Origin: Promethearchaeota archaeon
Lineage (GTDB): Archaea > Asgardarchaeota > Lokiarchaeia > Sigyniarchaeales > SOKP01
DNA: 64,000 bases
Assembly: GCA_016840085.1 (NCBI GenBank)
Contig: JAEOTA010000022.1
Coordinates: 64,001 to 128,000 of the forward strand
Reading direction: 5' to 3'
Under the pieces are notes generated by a model, which worked only from the letters and a program-made list of their open reading frames with translations, did no database searches and was not told where the DNA came from. Numbering within the stretch: position 1 is the stretch's first letter; each line of letters starts with the position of its first letter. Below are positions 61,930-64,000 of this stretch, piece by piece. The translations under genes were made by a program, and so were the position numbers.

Positions 61930-63687
61930 ATGAAATTTAATAAATTAGCACATTTATTTTCAGAATTAGAAGCTACTACAAAAAGACTTGAAATGATTGA
62001 TCTATTATCAAGTTTTTTTAGTAAAATTAAAAAAAATGAAGAATATGAAGATTTAGACAAGGTTATTTATCTCTTACAAGGTCAACTAGCTCCAAACATT
62101 AAAAAATTTCCAAAAATGGGATTGGCTGAGAAAATGATAATTGAAGCATTATCTGTGCATTCTGGATTAGACGCTAAAAAAATTAAAGAATTTTTAGTTA
62201 AACAAGGTGATATCGGGGCAACAGCAGAATTAATTTTGTCAAAAAAAAAGAAACAAAAATCATTATTTGATTATAATGAAAGTAATGATACTTTAGAAAG
62301 TTCTTTAGAGATTTCTGATTTGTATTCAGAATTAATGAAAATAGCGTTGACTGATGGTGCTGGTTCTCATGATATAAAATTGGGAGTATTGAGGGGATTA
62401 ATGAGAAAATGTTCTCCATTAGAAGTAAAATATTTATTACGAACAATAACATCTACGTTAAGAGTAGGGGTTCAATCTCCAACCATAATAGAAGGTTTAG
62501 CTCTAGCATTCACAGGTGTAAAAGATAATAAAAATTTTATTGAAAGAGCTTACACATTGCATCCAGATTTAGGTGAGATCTCAAAAATATTAGCAGAATC
62601 TGGTTTAGAAGAGGTGAAAAAGATTGATATAGAATATGGAATTCCTATCCTTAGTATGCTTGCCTCTCGAGAAGTTTATACTGAATTCATTAATAGATTA
62701 GGGGTTCCATTTATAGCTGAATACAAATTAGATGGTGAACGACTTCAAATCCATAAAAATGGTGACGATATAACTCTATTTTCACGACGTTTACTTGACA
62801 TTTCAGATCAATATCCTGATGTTTGTCAAAAAGTAAAAGAAAGCATCAAAGCAGAAAATGTTATTTTTGAAGGAGAAGTTGTTGCTATGGATCATTTCTA
62901 TGAAAAAATGCTTCCATTTCAAGTTTTAAGTAAAAGAAGAAGAAAGTATGATGTAGAAGATATTTCTAAAGAAGTTCCTGTATGTTTATTTATATTTGAT
63001 CTTTTAAAATTAGAAGATGAATCATTTGTTAATAAACCACTTCCAGAACGAAGACAAAAACTTGAAGAAATGGTTGAAGAAAGAGATGAATTGCGTTTAG
63101 TTAAGTCTATTCAAATTAATTCTACTGATGAATTATTGGATTTCTTTAATAAGGCTAGAAAAGAAGGAACTGAAGGTATTATGGCAAAATCAATCAAAGA
63201 TGATTCAATTTATCAAGCAGGAAATCGCGGTTATAAGTGGCTTAAGTTGAAAAGTCTAGAAGGAGGTAAACTTAAAGATAATATAGATGTTGTCCTAGTT
63301 GGTGCTTTTTATGGTAAAGGTCGAAGAACAGGGGTATATGGAACTTATATTGGTGCAGTGTATAATCCTGTAAATGATAATTATATAGCATTTACTCGCT
63401 TCTTCTCAGGAATAGGTGATGAATTATCAGATTCTTTAACGAAAGATATGGAAGAATATAAACGGGAAAAAAAACCAAATAATGTCATTTGTGAAGATAA
63501 ACCTGATATATGGTTAAAACCAGAAGTAGTAATGGAGATAATGGGGGATGAAATAACAATTAGTGATAAATTTGCTACGCTAGGATATTCTATGAGATTT
63601 CCAGTCTATAAGAGACTACGTCCTGATAAAGGTCCAAAAGATATAACAACAGTAGAAGAGATTAAAGAATTATATGAGACTCAATAA
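61930..63687 (+). CDS. lig: ATP-dependent DNA ligase
   Basis: EYKLDGERLQIH, FEGEVV, FDLL, EGIMAK, WLKLK, MRFP motifs. Confidence 0.96.
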   Translation: MKFNKLAHLFSELEATTKRLEMIDLLSSFFSKIKKNEEYEDLDKVIYLLQGQLAPNIKKFPKMGLAEKMIIEALSVHSGLDAKKIKEFLVKQGDIGATAELILSKKKKQKSLFDYNESNDTLESSLEISDLYSELMKIALTDGAGSHDIKLGVLRGLMRKCSPLEVKYLLRTITSTLRVGVQSPTIIEGLALAFTGVKDNKNFIERAYTLHPDLGEISKILAESGLEEVKKIDIEYGIPILSMLASREVYTEFINRLGVPFIAEYKLDGERLQIHKNGDDITLFSRRLLDISDQYPDVCQKVKESIKAENVIFEGEVVAMDHFYEKMLPFQVLSKRRRKYDVEDISKEVPVCLFIFDLLKLEDESFVNKPLPERRQKLEEMVEERDELRLVKSIQINSTDELLDFFNKARKEGTEGIMAKSIKDDSIYQAGNRGYKWLKLKSLEGGKLKDNIDVVLVGAFYGKGRRTGVYGTYIGAVYNPVNDNYIAFTRFFSGIGDELSDSLTKDMEEYKREKKPNNVICEDKPDIWLKPEVVMEIMGDEITISDKFATLGYSMRFPVYKRLRPDKGPKDITTVEEIKELYETQ

Positions 63688-63697
63688 ATTTTGCGAT

Positions 63698-64000
63698 CTA
63701 TAAGTAGATTTGAACCCCTTTTTTTTTTAAAGCATTTAAAATATCTGGAGTTTCTTTAAAATTATTTTCAGCTACATATATTTCTTTTAATGATTTAAGC
63801 GATAATATTGACTCTGGAATTGACTCAAGCTTATTTCTTGACACATTTAAGTACTGAAGAGATTTCACGTTATTTATGCTCTCTGGAATCTTTTTTAGTT
63901 TATTATCACTAACATTTAATATTTCTAGAGCGGAAAGATCCCTAATACTTTCTGGTAGGGTAGTTAATTCATTTCTTTCTAAATTCAGAATTTTTAAAGA
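63698..64000 (-). CDS. Leucine-rich-repeat protein (3' end only; 5' end outside the window)
   Basis: Manual translation SLKILNLERNELTTLPESIRDLSALEILNVSDNKLKKIPESINNVKSLQYLNVSRNKLESIPESILSLKSLKEIYVAENNF...GVQIYL*. Confidence 0.88.
   Translation of the reverse strand, partial: SLKILNLERNELTTLPESIRDLSALEILNVSDNKLKKIPESINNVKSLQYLNVSRNKLESIPESILSLKSLKEIYVAENNFKETPDILNALKKKGVQIYL

Overview
Strongly AT-rich archaeal DNA, almost certainly from an Asgard archaeon (Lokiarchaeia/Promethearchaeia-like). The assignment rests on GGAGGTGA/AGGTGA Shine-Dalgarno motifs, an intron-containing tRNA-Ser(CGA), eS25, an ATP-dependent DNA ligase, and several eukaryotic-signature proteins (Rag-like and longin-fused small GTPases, a gelsolin-domain protein, LRR/HEAT proteins, a Bud23-like methyltransferase). 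Layout: (i) 1-9.3 kb, an accessory patch with a secreted glycoprotein, a divergent TFB, HEPN-like and minimal nucleotidyltransferase genes, orphans and decayed genes; (ii) 9.3-31 kb, housekeeping genes, a glycoside/sulfate-ester catabolic cluster and surface beta-propellers; (iii) 31-38.4 kb, a coiled-coil protein, an LbH-membrane operon, a Ubl, a Rag-like GTPase, tRNA, eS25 and Bud23; (iv) 38.6-51 kb, the most striking locus; (v) 51-64 kb, a RuBisCO-like protein, GH36, hisGDC, gelsolin, ligase and an LRR gene. The locus in (iv) has two paralogous cassettes. Each encodes a ~1,430-aa cell-surface protein with a swapped lectin-like domain and a conserved cytoplasmic tail, translationally coupled to a ~370-aa longin/NPRL2-like plus winged-helix protein. 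The two cassettes flank a longin-GTPase, which suggests a receptor -> GAP/GEF -> small-GTPase signalling system. At least two genes appear to start at ATT codons. No CRISPR array, rRNA, integrase or transposase was recognised. All family assignments come from reading motifs by eye; no database search was run.
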